Made by a program: the position numbers and the translations under genes. From Macrostomum lignano (Eukaryota), in assembly GCA_002269645.1 (NCBI GenBank), contig NIVC01003469.1, forward strand, positions 32,377 through 96,376: DNA of 64,000 bases. The letters run 5' to 3'. This document shows, piece by piece, positions 12,434 to 24,076 of this stretch (within the stretch, counting starts at the first letter, position 1; each line of letters starts with the position of its first letter). The notes below the pieces were generated by a model. That model made no database searches. It was not told the DNA's origin and worked only from the letters and a program-made list of their open reading frames with translations.

Positions 12434-14137
12434 TCAGCTCCTAAGTTCGATTTCCTCAGCATTTTCTCCACCCAGCGCTTGTTTCTCTCCGACATCGCAT
12501 TCTGCAGTCTCTTGATCGCCGGTCCTTGAGCTGCTTCTCTTGGCCGACCTACGCTTGAGCAGCAGGGACACGCAGATGTAGACGAGTTCGAACATTTCGC
12601 AAACGGTGAGCACGCTGCAGCCGATGTACAGACCCAGCAAACCTCCGGTGTCAGCCAGAAGGTCAGCGAATGTGTAAGACCAGGCTAGCATGACTTGTGG
12701 CGAGAGAAGCGAGTCGATAGTAATTTGGACACTGAGCATCGACTCGGACACGTAGGAGTGGAAGATACCCTCCAGGTGGGCTGAGTGGTCACCCATTTGA
12801 AGCTGCTTTGCAATATCGGACACCCTAGCCAAAGCTGGCGCCTCAGCCTTGCTTACAGAGGTGCGGTTGAAGTATTCGGCGAAGTACCTTAAAATCGAAC
12901 TGCCGGCGCTTGGCCACTTGCCAAACGAGTAACTGGTGGAATAAATCGGATACGAGCAGGGGATTCTAGTTTTGCAGTACTTTTGGGCAAGAGTCTCAAG
13001 CTCGATTCGTCGTCCAGAGCCAGCTTTTCTCATTCTTTTGACAGTAGCTGCTGTCATCTCAGACATGTTGTTGCAGTGCGGATAGTCGCGAAATTCCCAA
13101 AACGACGGCCGCTGACTCAGCTGACATCCAATCTCGTCAACTACCTGTACGTTAACATTTCTATAGTAGCAGGCAGCATTGCTGTAGTTGAATCGTTCCC
13201 GCTTGCCTGATAGCGAGTTCATGAACTCGACTGGCGGAGTTTCCAACAGGCAGAACTTATCGTGCAGCTCCTCACTGCAGGTGCTTTCTGTCATCTTGAG
13301 CTGAACCGAGTACTCAAAGCCTGGAGACATGTGGAAGCTCTCCTCGAACCTTAGCGACGGATAAGCTCCTGGTGGCACAATCAGCATAGTAAAGCCGGAT
13401 GTTCTCAACTGTTCATGATAGCGGTATGGGTGCCACTCAAGAAACGGAACCGAATTTCCATTGCTGTCAGCAATGGGCTGAATCGGATGCCCAGTGAAGT
13501 TGAGCTCAGCCAAGTAAGGGTCAGTTGACAGTCGCAACTTCAGCGTGCTACCTGGATTCATGATCATCTTTTTTAGTTTGTCACTGAGAATCAGCCGAAA
13601 GCAAACTAGATTCTCGTAGTTGTAAAACGCTTCCACATCAACATTATGCGCTACAAAATCATCGGTGATGGCCGCGAATTGAACTGATTCCTCCTTTCGA
13701 ACCAGCAAATACTTTGCCAGCAGATCAAATGGAAGCGACAACTGCACTAGAGGCGTCCACAAGAAGGCATGAAATAAAATGCTTTTCGGAACATCATACA
13801 GTTCTCCGAAGCGGTCAATCAGCTGTTTGATGCGGCTGTTTACCAAATCAGCCTCTTCCTTTGTCAGTGTGAAGGGATAGCTGCCCGAGTACGGGTTGAT
13901 GGGACAAAAGTACAGATCTGGGAGCACGAAAGTTGCCTGATCCAATTGGTATTTCTTTGTCATCTCGCTCTTTTGCAGTTTGAGCACAAGGTTGATGCCG
14001 CTTTTCAGAAAAACGGCCAGGCAAATGAGGAATAGCAGAATCCACATCACTCGAAGCAGTTTGTTCTCCGAGGCAGCTGCTCGACTGATGCCGTGAGCCG
14101 AGCTGGAGGCGATTGTCTCCGCTAACTTTTTCGCCAT
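12434..14137 (-). CDS. Intronless DEG/ENaC (ASIC/degenerin-family) channel subunit, 567 aa
   Basis: Pre-TM1 HG motif (SSAHGISR), TM1 VMWILLFLICL, post-TM1 LPDLYFCPINPY, Cys-rich ectodomain, TM2 LLADTGGLLGLYIGCSVLTVCE with GxS filter; ATG 14137 preceded by a TTTTTCAG acceptor. Confidence 0.92.
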   Translation of the reverse strand: MAKKLAETIASSSAHGISRAAASENKLLRVMWILLFLICLAVFLKSGINLVLKLQKSEMTKKYQLDQATFVLPDLYFCPINPYSGSYPFTLTKEEADLVNSRIKQLIDRFGELYDVPKSILFHAFLWTPLVQLSLPFDLLAKYLLVRKEESVQFAAITDDFVAHNVDVEAFYNYENLVCFRLILSDKLKKMIMNPGSTLKLRLSTDPYLAELNFTGHPIQPIADSNGNSVPFLEWHPYRYHEQLRTSGFTMLIVPPGAYPSLRFEESFHMSPGFEYSVQLKMTESTCSEELHDKFCLLETPPVEFMNSLSGKRERFNYSNAACYYRNVNVQVVDEIGCQLSQRPSFWEFRDYPHCNNMSEMTAATVKRMRKAGSGRRIELETLAQKYCKTRIPCSYPIYSTSYSFGKWPSAGSSILRYFAEYFNRTSVSKAEAPALARVSDIAKQLQMGDHSAHLEGIFHSYVSESMLSVQITIDSLLSPQVMLAWSYTFADLLADTGGLLGLYIGCSVLTVCEMFELVYICVSLLLKRRSAKRSSSRTGDQETAECDVGEKQALGGENAEEIELRS

Positions 14138-15288
14138 GAGCAGGTATTCAATCTGAAAAAGTGCCACAGGTTTGCTTGCTGTAGGCAATTTCAAACAAAT
14201 AAAGGCGTTACGTTTGTGGCTTGTTTGTTGTATTATTAGGCAGTGTATATACATATGATACGATTCGCTCGTGTGCGCCTTGGGACTGACTCTCATGAGT
14301 CTAAATCGCCAGAGAGAAAGTCTAATATTACCTGATGTGCACACAGACGCCAGATTTAAATTTGAGTTCAGCTAAACCTGAATTCGGATTTGCTTTAAAG
14401 GAGCTTAAAAAGTTCAGAAATAGCCTAAAAAGCTACCAACTAAAAACTTGCAACTGGTGGGGGCAGGGACTATGTGCATAAAGCAGACGCATGGTCAATT
14501 ATATAGCTGTTTTCCGGTATGCCGTCTAGTGCAGCATCCATCAGATCATCTGATTCCCTATCCCAGTTGTCGGCTGTTGCTGCCTTGCTAAAATGCTAAA
14601 GCTCCCATTGACTGCCCGCTGCGCCTGTGTGGAGCGACGAGAGAGGAGGTACAGAAAAATTCGGTGGCCGTCTGGCCCACTGGCATGCACTGTGAGTGCA
14701 GCAATGTTCAGCAGAATACTATGTGGGTTCCTGTATTGATTTTTTACTGCACAACACGCGGCGCGCTTCTTCCTGCTGGATGCCGGAACTTACTGAAGCA
14801 AGCAGTTTGCGACAATATTTTGTGACGAATATTGTGGTGGCCTCGAAAATAATCGACAAGACAAATACGGCAGAGCCAAATTTGTAGGCGGTAGCACTTG
14901 GCAATAATGGCGACTGATGCGGGCAATGGCCGCAGATTTTGTTTATTGTAACGGAGACAGACCAAAGTACTACTGAATTCGCAAACGATGCACTGGCGGC
15001 TACACAACAATAAGTTAGATGGTAGGAGGCAGAGGGGGTCGATGAGTGTGAGGCAACGGTGACGAAGTGATGGCGGTGAACGTACGGTGGCGGTGCTCGT
15101 AGTAAGAGCTCGAACTGACAGTAGAAGTGGCGTGACTGAGGCTGGCGAAGGCGTAGCTAGAACCGTGGCGGAGAGAGAAGGCAAGTAAAGAAGGAGTGAG
15201 AGCCCAAGGGCGGGCAGAGCAGCGCGGGGCAGGGTAGGGCTTGACGCGGGAGAACGGGTCTAACCCCGAGCGCTCAGCCAGACAGGAC

Positions 15289-15979
15289 GGGGGCGCTTCA
15301 TAAGACCTAAATTTCACAACGCCTAAAGCACATGACTTCACATCACCTAAATTTCATAACGCCTAAATTTCATAACGCCTAAAACCGAAAATGCATCCTA
15401 CTTCATTTCACCTAAATTTCATATCGCCTAAATTTCATAACGCCTAAAACCGAAAATGCATCCTACTTCATTTCGCCTAAATTTCATATCGCCTAAATTT
15501 CATAACGCCTAAAACCGAAAATGCATCCTACTTCATTTCGCCTAAATTTCATATCGCCTAAATTTCATAACGCCTAAAACCGAAAATGCATCCTACTTCA
15601 TTTCGCCTAAATTTCATATCGCCTAAATTTCACAATGCCTAAAAATCTGCATGCTCTTTCATATCGCCTAAACTTCATATCGCCTAAATTTCATATCGCC
15701 TAAATTTCACAACACCTAAAACTGAATGTGAAGGAGAGAAGCAAAGATTTTAGGCGTTGTGAAATTTAGGCGATATGAAATTTAGGCGATGTGAAGGATG
15801 CTGCATTTTCGGTTTTAGGCGTTGTGAAATTTAGGCGATATGAAATTTAGGCGATGTGAAGGAGGCTGCACTTTTGATTTTAGGCGTTGTGAAATTTAGG
15901 CGATATGAAATTTAGGTGATGTGAAAGAGCGTGCAAATATTTTAGGCGTTGTGAAATTTAGGTCTTATTAAAGCGTCCC
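15289..15979. mobile_element. Foldback-type non-autonomous DNA transposon, 691 bp
   Basis: 8-bp TSD GACAGGAC (15281-15288, 15980-15987); GGG-starting imperfect TIRs continuing into inverted arrays of CGCCTAAATTTCA(T/C)A. Confidence 0.85.
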
Positions 15980-16419
15980 GACAGGACAGATAAAGAGCGG
16001 GCTGGGGGTGGTCGCGCGAGGAGAACTTAACATAATCAATGCGCGGCTTTTCTATTGGCCGGCTGGAAAAAAACAGTAAACAGAAATTATCGATCGCGCA
16101 CTGTACGCATGCTTTACAAATGTACGCAAGCTGATTAAAATTCTTTGGACACTATTTTAAGCAGACGTGACAGTACGAAACCAACAATATTATAGATTGG
16201 TACCGTATGCTAAAACGGCCCTTGGCGGGGCTACTTAGACTGACAACGTCACAGTTTGACTGCCAGAGGCTTATAGTTCAGCAATATTATAACTGCCAAC
16301 TAAGAAATTACCAAGCTACTCAGTCATCCACCACCTTTTAATTTTAAAAAGTGCTTTTAGGCCAAAGGAAATAGTATTCTTCACAGATACTATATACTAG
16401 ATACTATATACTCGTAGCC

Positions 16420-19400
16420 AAACCTTCGAGAGCACGAATGCCTGTAGCTGTCGTGATCTCTGTCGAATGTGCTGACCTCTTCTCTTTGTGGTAGAGAAAC
16501 TCGTTGCCCAGTGCTGACCGGCCGACCTGCTGTCCGACGCGCAGGCGGTACTGCTGCTCAGGACCGAGCACTTGGAACATTCTGAACTCGGCTTTGTACT
16601 TCTTGCCTCTTAAGCTCTGGACCTCGATTCTCAACCGGCACCGCGAAGTCAAGGCGTAGCCGTTCTTTTCACCAGTTTTTGTCATCTCGGACAGACGAGC
16701 CAAGCCTGTGGGTTTGAAATACCACAAATACTATATAGTGGTATCTGTGGTATTCTTCTGCGAATCATAGCTCGGACTAGCAATCTAGTGCCCCCCTTCG
16801 GGGCAAAGTTCAAGAAGAAGTTCAAGATTCAGGAAAGAGCAAAATATATTTATTTAAATTCTGGTAGCGATTAATATGGGGTCACTGGTAAAAATAAGCG
16901 TGGTTTCTTAAAGTATGAATACACTTCGAAAACTTTTGAAACATTTATAAAATTGCTAATCCACATTGCAGAATCAGTTTCTAAGAATCTACCAACAATC
17001 CCCCAATCAGGATTGCAATAATCCCCAGTCAGGCTTGCAATGATCCCAGTCAGGTTTGCAATGATCTACCTGTCAGGTGTGAAAAGATCCCAGTCAGATT
17101 TGCAATGATCCCCCCCAGTCAGGTTTGCAATAATCACAGTCAGGTTTGCAATAATCACAGTCAGGTTTGAAATGATCGCCCAGTCAGGTTTGCAATGATC
17201 TAGGCCTACCTGTCAGGTGTGAATGATCGCCCAGTCAGGTTTGCAATGATCTAGGCCTACCTGTCAGGTGTGCAAAGATCCCAGTCAGGTTTGCAATGAT
17301 GAGTCAGGTTTTCTCATCTCGTGCAGTGTTGTCTAATCTAGTGCAATAACTGTTTTCTAATCTAGTGCAATAATAGATGTCTAATCTAGTGCAATAATTG
17401 TTTTCTAATCTAGTGCAATTATAGATTTCACATCTAGTGCAGTAATGGTTTTGTCATCGAGTACAATATTTTTTAAATTGCATGATTTAAATATTTTATT
17501 TATAACTTTTAATAAAAAAGTTTACACTACAAAGATTCGAACCCTGGCCACTGCAGAAGCACTCCAATCTGTTCACATCTAGGCTAGCCCTCATTGAATT
17601 AATAGAATGAATTGTAGCAGTTATATAATTCAACACTCACACGAAACAGTTTATGACATAATCAGTTTCTCAGCCAGTCAATATCAGCCTCAGTTAAATT
17701 TAACCATATGTTAACCATATGTAAAGTTAACAATTACACAAGTGATGCGTTTTGTACAAGACATGAAGTTTTGTTGACTACTCCGTGACTATTAGCTGCG
17801 TTTTGTACTCGTAGGCTAAGCAAAGGTCGGCAGTTCGAGTCTGCATTGAAGCAGATAACTTCGGTGAAATATTTGTGACATTTATTACTGTCTCCCATAC
17901 ATATTCAATATTTTAACAATCTGCTGTGAGTAATTGCTTATCTGGCGGGAACCTGATGGTAGTCGTGTCATAGCTATCACACGCAATGGTAGGGAAATTT
18001 ATAGTTGCTTAACAAGACAAGACTGGACTTATTAATTTAAGCAATAAATGTTAATACGAATTAAGAGGATTGTAACAAAAATTTACGAGCGTGGAAGTGG
18101 CCTAAAAATAAATAGGAAATTCAAAATCACAGTAGTTAAAAACTTCTTTTGATTCTACTGAATGCGGGTGGTAAAGGGGACATTAAGCAATGTACTTTGT
18201 GTTGGCGTTGCCATCTGAATCCGCAACAGCCCTAGCAGTCTGGTTCTTGTACATCCGCCTGTAGTTGTCGATATCCGTCTGAGATATGCCGACATCACCA
18301 CCAACTGATCCGTCATCCTTGATGCCGAGTGCATTTCGCAACTGCGCAACGAAGGCGCGCAAAGCCGGGCTGGCTTGAGTTTTGCTAACTGAAATGAATT
18401 CAGAATTGCGCTCTCATTTATTTTATAATACTCATTTCTAGGAATTCTATTGATTTTTATCTTCTTCAATCTTCGTTTTTCTTTGTATTTAAAAAGCTCG
18501 ATCGTCTTTTGAAGGCCCAGCAAATAAGTGGTATCAACATTCAGCAAAGTCGTAAGCCAGATACTTTTTTATGCTTGTCTGTCATTGTTTACAAAAACTC
18601 TTGTCTTCCTAAAAACTGACAGAAAGGAATTGTGCACGTGGAAAAAATTTATTAGAACCACCCTTTGAACCGGCGTATTGTTAATAAAACTGACTACTTC
18701 AATCCAGGGGGATCGCCACGGCTTTTATGGTGGGGCGACAAAACCAAGAGTTTTGAGATCATTTAACCAATGATTAAATAAAATTCGTTCTAAATTTTGG
18801 GAATAGGTGTTGTTAGCACTAGGAGTTACGCACTCATTTTGGCGCCACAGACACTCATTTTGGCGCCACAGACACTCATTTTGGCGCTACATACACTCAT
18901 TTTGGCGCTACAGACACTCATTTTGGCGCCACAGACACTCATTTTGGCGCCACAGACACTCATTTTGGCGCCACAGACACTCATTTTGGCGCCACAGACA
19001 CTCATTTTGGCACCACAGACACTCATTTTGGCGCCACAGACACTCATTTTGGCGCTACATACACTCATTTTGGCGCTACAGACACTCATTTTGGCGCCAC
19101 AGACACTCATTTTGGCGCTACATACACTCATTTTGGCGCTACAGACACTCATTTTGGCGCCACAGACACTCATTTTGGCGCCACAGACACTCATTTTGGC
19201 GCTAAATACACTCATTTTGGCGCCACAGACACTCATTTTGGCGCTAAATACACTCATTTTGGCACCACAGACACTCATTTTGGCGCCATAGACACTCATT
19301 TTGGCACCACAGACACTCATTTTTGCACCACAGACACTCATTTTGGCGCCACAGACACTCATTTTGGCGCCACAGACACTCATTTTGGCGCCACAGACAC

Positions 19401-19849
19401 TCATTTTGGCGCCACAGACACTCATTTTGGCGCTAAATACACTCATTTTGGCGCCACAGACACTCATTTTTGCACCACAGACACTCATTTTGGCGCTAAA
19501 TACACTCATTTTGGCGCCACAGACACTCATTTTGGCGCTACATACACTCATTTTGGCGCCACAGACACTCATTTTGGCACCACAGACACTCATTTTGGCG
19601 TCTGGAAGCTAAAATTATTGATTTATATAACGGGTCACGAGGTAGGGTGGGGAGGGTAAAGCATTGGCGTGTTTCAGCCCGGTTTTGAATAGCTATCAGT
19701 ATTTTAGCAAAAATTATAGTATGTTTATATAAGGCCCAGTCGATGTTCAACTTACCGTTAAATCTCGAAAAGCAACCCTGGGAGCTGTGAATGGTAGACA
19801 GCATCAGCACAAACAGCGACCACGTGACTAGTAAATTTTTTCCAATCAT
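16420..19849 (-). CDS. Putative secreted fibrinogen-related (FReD) protein gene, partial; exons 19849-19756 (signal peptide), 18388-~18197, ~16718-16420 (FBG domain)
   Basis: MIGKNLLVTWSLFVLMLSTIHSSQG then GTAAGT donor; phase-compatible open exon 2; FBG motifs GLARLSEMT..LRIEVQ..AEF..F.V..YRL.VG and, after a 1-nt shift, STFDRDHD..C; exons 2 and 3 are not phase-compatible, so an exon is missing or unrecognised. Confidence 0.5.
17010..17440. repeat. Degenerate tandem repeats (CCCAGTCAGGTTTGCAATGAT-type, then CTAATCTAGTGCAAT-type)
   Basis: Direct reading. Confidence 0.8.
18831..19600. repeat. 21-bp minisatellite GACACTCATTTTGGCGCCACA, about 37 units, intronic
   Basis: Direct reading; lies between exons 1 and 2 of the FReD-like gene. 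Confidence 0.95.
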
Positions 19850-20401
19850 TGAAACGTAGGCTACATTTGTTCAAGTTTGTACTTACTTAGTTATTTATCA
19901 TAAATTTGTTAAAAGCGATTCCTACCTTATCATAAATGGGTCCTGACCAGAGCCCATAGAACAAGATAATGGCATCTAGGCATGAAAAAGAAAGTCAACA
20001 AATATTTTTGTCTGCATGTAGACTAAAAATACTGGCCCCTTGAATAGCCAGTCCCTATAAATAAAACTTATATCGTCCACACACAGTGTCGTTATATTTG
20101 CAAAGAAATAAATTAATTACATAAAGTGCGTCAGTAAAGCAGCGCATTTTGTTGGGGGCAAAGAAACTTACAGAATTGTACAGATCCAGTTTTGCGCAAT
20201 CGGTTTTTGATTAAATAAAAAATCAAATTTATCCGTGCGAAAAGCATATCGACGTATTGTTAACTAAAAAAGTAACTAGAGTACATAGAGTAAGCTGAAG
20301 TAGGGCCACTATCATTGCTCTTAGTTATAAAAACAATATTTGCAAGTTTGTTTACTAAATTTGTGTTTGAGTTTTAGTGCGGCTCCCACCTGACAGCTGC
20401 G

Positions 20402-22606
20402 TCACTGCCTGACAGATGGTTTTCTTTCACGCCTCTGCTGCTTGCCCGGCTTCTCGTCCAAAGTTTTGCTGCCGCTGCCCAGTTCGTCAGCCGTGGGCTC
20501 TTTGGTCTCCAACAGTCGAGGCGGTCGCGGACCCGTCCGACGGATGAGCACGGGGATTTGGCTGCCACCCGCTGGGTTGCTGCCCGCATTGGCGATTCGA
20601 ACTCTGGCACTGCGGGTGCTCCTCTTCACTGACCGCTGGCCCGCCAGTGCCGGCTGCGGCAGCGGCGGCAGAAGCCGAGGCAGCTGCTCCGGTGACGGAG
20701 TGGTCGAAACGGGCTGCTCAGGCACCACCTCGGCGGTCAGGAGGTACTCGCTCAGGTTCTGCCTGTGCAAATCGTCACTGCTGCAGCTGCTGTTGCTGGC
20801 CGTGTCCGTGGCAGCACTGTGGTCGCCCTTGTTGCTGAGATTCTGAAAAGCTTCAGCTTCCTTAGCCATTTTGTGAACGAAAAAGTCAGAGTCAGAGTCG
20901 GAAGAGGAGCCGGCACCGGTGCCGCTGGACTCCTCAGTGTTGGCGGTGTTGGTCATGACGGTCTTGGTAGATTCTCTGGGGAACTCCAGCCGGTCCATGT
21001 AGTATTTGTTCTTGGGGTCGTCGCGTCCAACGCCGCGAGTTCGTTTGCCACCGATGATTGTCCCTGCGGCTTTGAGCTCCTCGCCCTTGTCCAAGATCAC
21101 GTAGTTAGTAATGTTCTCGTCGTTGCACATCAGCATCCGGGTTAGCACGGCCGGGTCCTGCACATCGTTCAGGGCGTGCAGCTCGCGGTCCAGGCGCTCC
21201 TCGGTGAAGAAGCGAGCCAGCTCGTGCCGCTGGTCGATGACGGTGATCCGAGCGCATTCGCGGACGAACGAGAACACCTCAGGTTGGAAGCGAACCTTTT
21301 CGGCGTCATCCAGTCCCATGAAGTAGTCTTTGAACTCCAGATCGCTGATGATGTCGAAATAATTCAGCCAGCCGGCATCAGCCAGAGTTTTGACGATCGT
21401 CTTGATGATCACGGCGAAGGTTGGCATCTTGGCTAGACGGTAGCACTTCGCCAGGAGACCAACCATGAGAGCGATGCAGCAGTCTGCATCGAACTCAAAG
21501 AGAGCCTGCGGCCATTCAATGTTGATTCCGCGGCTTCGTTCTCTGTAGACTGGGATGGTCTCGAGACGCTTGCGCCGGCCGGGGCGGGGTACGAATGGCA
21601 TAGCGGGATCGCCCACGAGTTTAAAGATGCCCATGTTGATAAACTGACTGGCCGCTCGAACCAAATTAGCCGTCGATTTCAGCTTCTTGTCTGCGTAGAA
21701 GGCGCATCGTAGCAGCCGTCGCGGATAGGTTTTGCAATTGTTGATGATGCGCTCAGCGTCCCGAAGCAAAGTCATGGGATTTGCTCGGCTCGGCTGGCTC
21801 ATGTAGTTGAAGCGAAAATGCTCAGTCGGGCATTTGAGCACAGCGGAGCACAGGCTGGGAATGTCTATCGAGCTGCGCTTCGTGAACATCACGTAGAACG
21901 CGTAGTCAAGAAAGTCGTCAAAGTTCAGGTAGGTCTCAACGAAGCGCTTCCGGTAGACGAGGGCGTATGGCTCCATTGGGAACCAGTTTTCGTGCTGCAG
22001 CATGGCCTGAAGAATGTCGTAGGTCTCATTCAGCATTGCCAGATTGTGGTCGTACAGGCACATCAGGTCGCCGAATCGCTCGTTGATGAAGGTGATGAAC
22101 TGCGGCTGTCGTGCCATAATGTGCTTCTTGTTGGTGTCGCGGTCGATGCATCGCACCAGCATGGTTGCCGCTTTGGGCTTTCGCAGGTAAATAGCCAGGC
22201 CTAGAGGCGTCAGGTACATCACAGCGTGCCGGTTAAACAGCGAAGATCGATCCAGAGAATAGAATTCCGGCCTGTCAATCACCTGGAAGTACTTCGCCTT
22301 GGTGATGATAAATTCTTTCTTGCCGCCAATTACAGTCTTCTTGGCCTGCAAAGCTCGCGGGTCCGGCTCGAACTTGAGCAGGCCTTTTGATTCTTTGTCC
22401 ATGAGCACGCGGTTCAGCTCCTTCTCGTTCTCAGTCCTGATGGCGTTCACCAGCCACGATGTGGTCGGATGGTACAGATCGAAGAATCTCGGCACCATGT
22501 GGTAAAAGTTTTGCGACTTTTTCTCCGCTTTGCTGAACTTTCGGCCGCTGTGGGGCTTCTGCCGGAAGAACATGGGGTCCGGCAGGCGAATCGTGCCCTT
22601 AGTCAT
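20402..22606 (-). CDS. Intronless 734-aa protein of unknown function; one ankyrin-like motif, disordered Ser/Pro-rich C-terminus
   Basis: Long GC-rich ORF with host-like codon use; LTPLGLAIYLRKPKAATMLV resembles an ankyrin repeat. Confidence 0.75.
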   Translation of the reverse strand: MTKGTIRLPDPMFFRQKPHSGRKFSKAEKKSQNFYHMVPRFFDLYHPTTSWLVNAIRTENEKELNRVLMDKESKGLLKFEPDPRALQAKKTVIGGKKEFIITKAKYFQVIDRPEFYSLDRSSLFNRHAVMYLTPLGLAIYLRKPKAATMLVRCIDRDTNKKHIMARQPQFITFINERFGDLMCLYDHNLAMLNETYDILQAMLQHENWFPMEPYALVYRKRFVETYLNFDDFLDYAFYVMFTKRSSIDIPSLCSAVLKCPTEHFRFNYMSQPSRANPMTLLRDAERIINNCKTYPRRLLRCAFYADKKLKSTANLVRAASQFINMGIFKLVGDPAMPFVPRPGRRKRLETIPVYRERSRGINIEWPQALFEFDADCCIALMVGLLAKCYRLAKMPTFAVIIKTIVKTLADAGWLNYFDIISDLEFKDYFMGLDDAEKVRFQPEVFSFVRECARITVIDQRHELARFFTEERLDRELHALNDVQDPAVLTRMLMCNDENITNYVILDKGEELKAAGTIIGGKRTRGVGRDDPKNKYYMDRLEFPRESTKTVMTNTANTEESSGTGAGSSSDSDSDFFVHKMAKEAEAFQNLSNKGDHSAATDTASNSSCSSDDLHRQNLSEYLLTAEVVPEQPVSTTPSPEQLPRLLPPLPQPALAGQRSVKRSTRSARVRIANAGSNPAGGSQIPVLIRRTGPRPPRLLETKEPTADELGSGSKTLDEKPGKQQRRERKPSVRQ

Positions 22607-23323
22607 GGCTGCTGGTTGAAGGCTGGCGGTGTTGCAAGTTGAAATGCAGCAGTCGAAAAGACCGAACTAGTAACTTTTGTCTGGAATATGGAAGCTGCTG
22701 ATACAAATCAAATTTATATGTTCATTACAATATGGTTTCTAAGCCTTTTATTAGGCGAGCTAAAACCTTTCATAAAGAATGCTACAGTTCTTGAATTTGC
22801 CATAGACTAACGGGATGTTGACAGCGGAAATGTGAATGTTAACTTGGTAGGCTGGCAGGCTTTAACTCGAATTGAAAATCTATAATTTATTTTATTTTTT
22901 TATGAAACAATACTGAGCAAATGTGAAACGCAAAGCGAAATGGGCTGGTATCTGATGTAAACACGCTCTGGTCGCGGGATAGGGCAGGGAGAACTTTTTC
23001 GAGAAGTGCCGCCCATCACCGCGCACCTCCTGCGCAGAGCCGTCGAGACTGGGCCAAGTCTTCGACCAGGCCTGCAGACTCTCGCTCTGCTGCACCCCCT
23101 GCTGCCTTGGCTTCGTCTCCCCTGCCGCCACACTTGCCTTTCCGGAGCTCCCTGTCCCTCTCTGTACCTCCCCCTCTACCCTATCTCCTCTGCGCTCCAC
23201 CCTATTTTCTCTGTACCTCCCCTGTCTCCCCTCTTTTTGCCCCTTTTCACACTATTTTCCTGCGCTGTCCCCCCTTTTTCTGCGTCTACTTACAGTATTT
23301 TGCGCGCTCACCGTGCCATCATC

Positions 23324-23656
23324 AGTAGTATTTACGGTACAAAATTGCCAGCAAACCGCTCTCATAATTCAAAGAGAATTAACCCTTTATCAGTGTGAAA
23401 TGGCTCGTTTTCCCTTCATTATCGCTCGTCTTCACTTCGCTTAACTCGCTTCTCTCATCCTCGCTTCATTTCGGTCAATCTCCTCATTTCACACTTACAA
23501 CGATTAATTCTCTTTGAATTATGAGAATACGCCCTCGTCGTTCGCTTTGGTTTGCTGGCAATTTTGTACCGTACCCAACACTTCTAACACTTCCAAATCT
23601 CTATAACCCCTCGCACGCGCCGCAGGCGCGAAGGGTCTTTTTCTGTTACTAAAAAT
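23324..23656 (+). repeat. Left TIR, 333 bp
   Basis: Reverse complement of 38952-39284. Confidence 0.97.
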
Positions 23657-23667
23657 AGAACAAAAAA

Positions 23668-24066
23668 ATGACACACGTTACTTATATGCAAAATCTGAAT
23701 GAATTGCAGGTAGGAGACCCAGTTGAATACCGAGGTGAGGGGCTTTTTGATGTGGTTGGAACAGCAGCGAATTTTGTTAAAGACAATATGGGTCTTATAG
23801 GGCAAGCAGGCTCCGCAGCAGGTTCTATAACAAATGCTGTAAAAGGAGGAATTGAAGCAGCTAGAGCGGCAGAAGAACTAAAGAAATTGAGAGATTTTAA
23901 CGACACCCTCTCACAAATAAATGCAATAAAAGATTTAAAGCTGGCACAAGCCGCACAACCAACAGAAACCCCCACGAAAAGCGCGCCAATAAGTAATAAA
24001 GATATTCAGGATTTTAATAAAATGTTAACCACAATTAAAGGCGGAAAAGGATTAAAGAAATTTTAA
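23668..24066 (+). CDS. Polinton ORF, 132 aa, Gly/Ala-rich, possible virion core/membrane-active protein
   Basis: AAAATG start; amphipathic Gly/Ala segment; GEGLF and GKGL motifs. Confidence 0.75.
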   Translation: MTHVTYMQNLNELQVGDPVEYRGEGLFDVVGTAANFVKDNMGLIGQAGSAAGSITNAVKGGIEAARAAEELKKLRDFNDTLSQINAIKDLKLAQAAQPTETPTKSAPISNKDIQDFNKMLTTIKGGKGLKKF

Positions 24067-24076
24067 CAATATAAAA

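Noticed and set aside
18797-19612. ORFs with APQTLIL / WRHRHSF / MSVCGAK repeats
   Set aside because: Translations of an intronic 21-bp minisatellite
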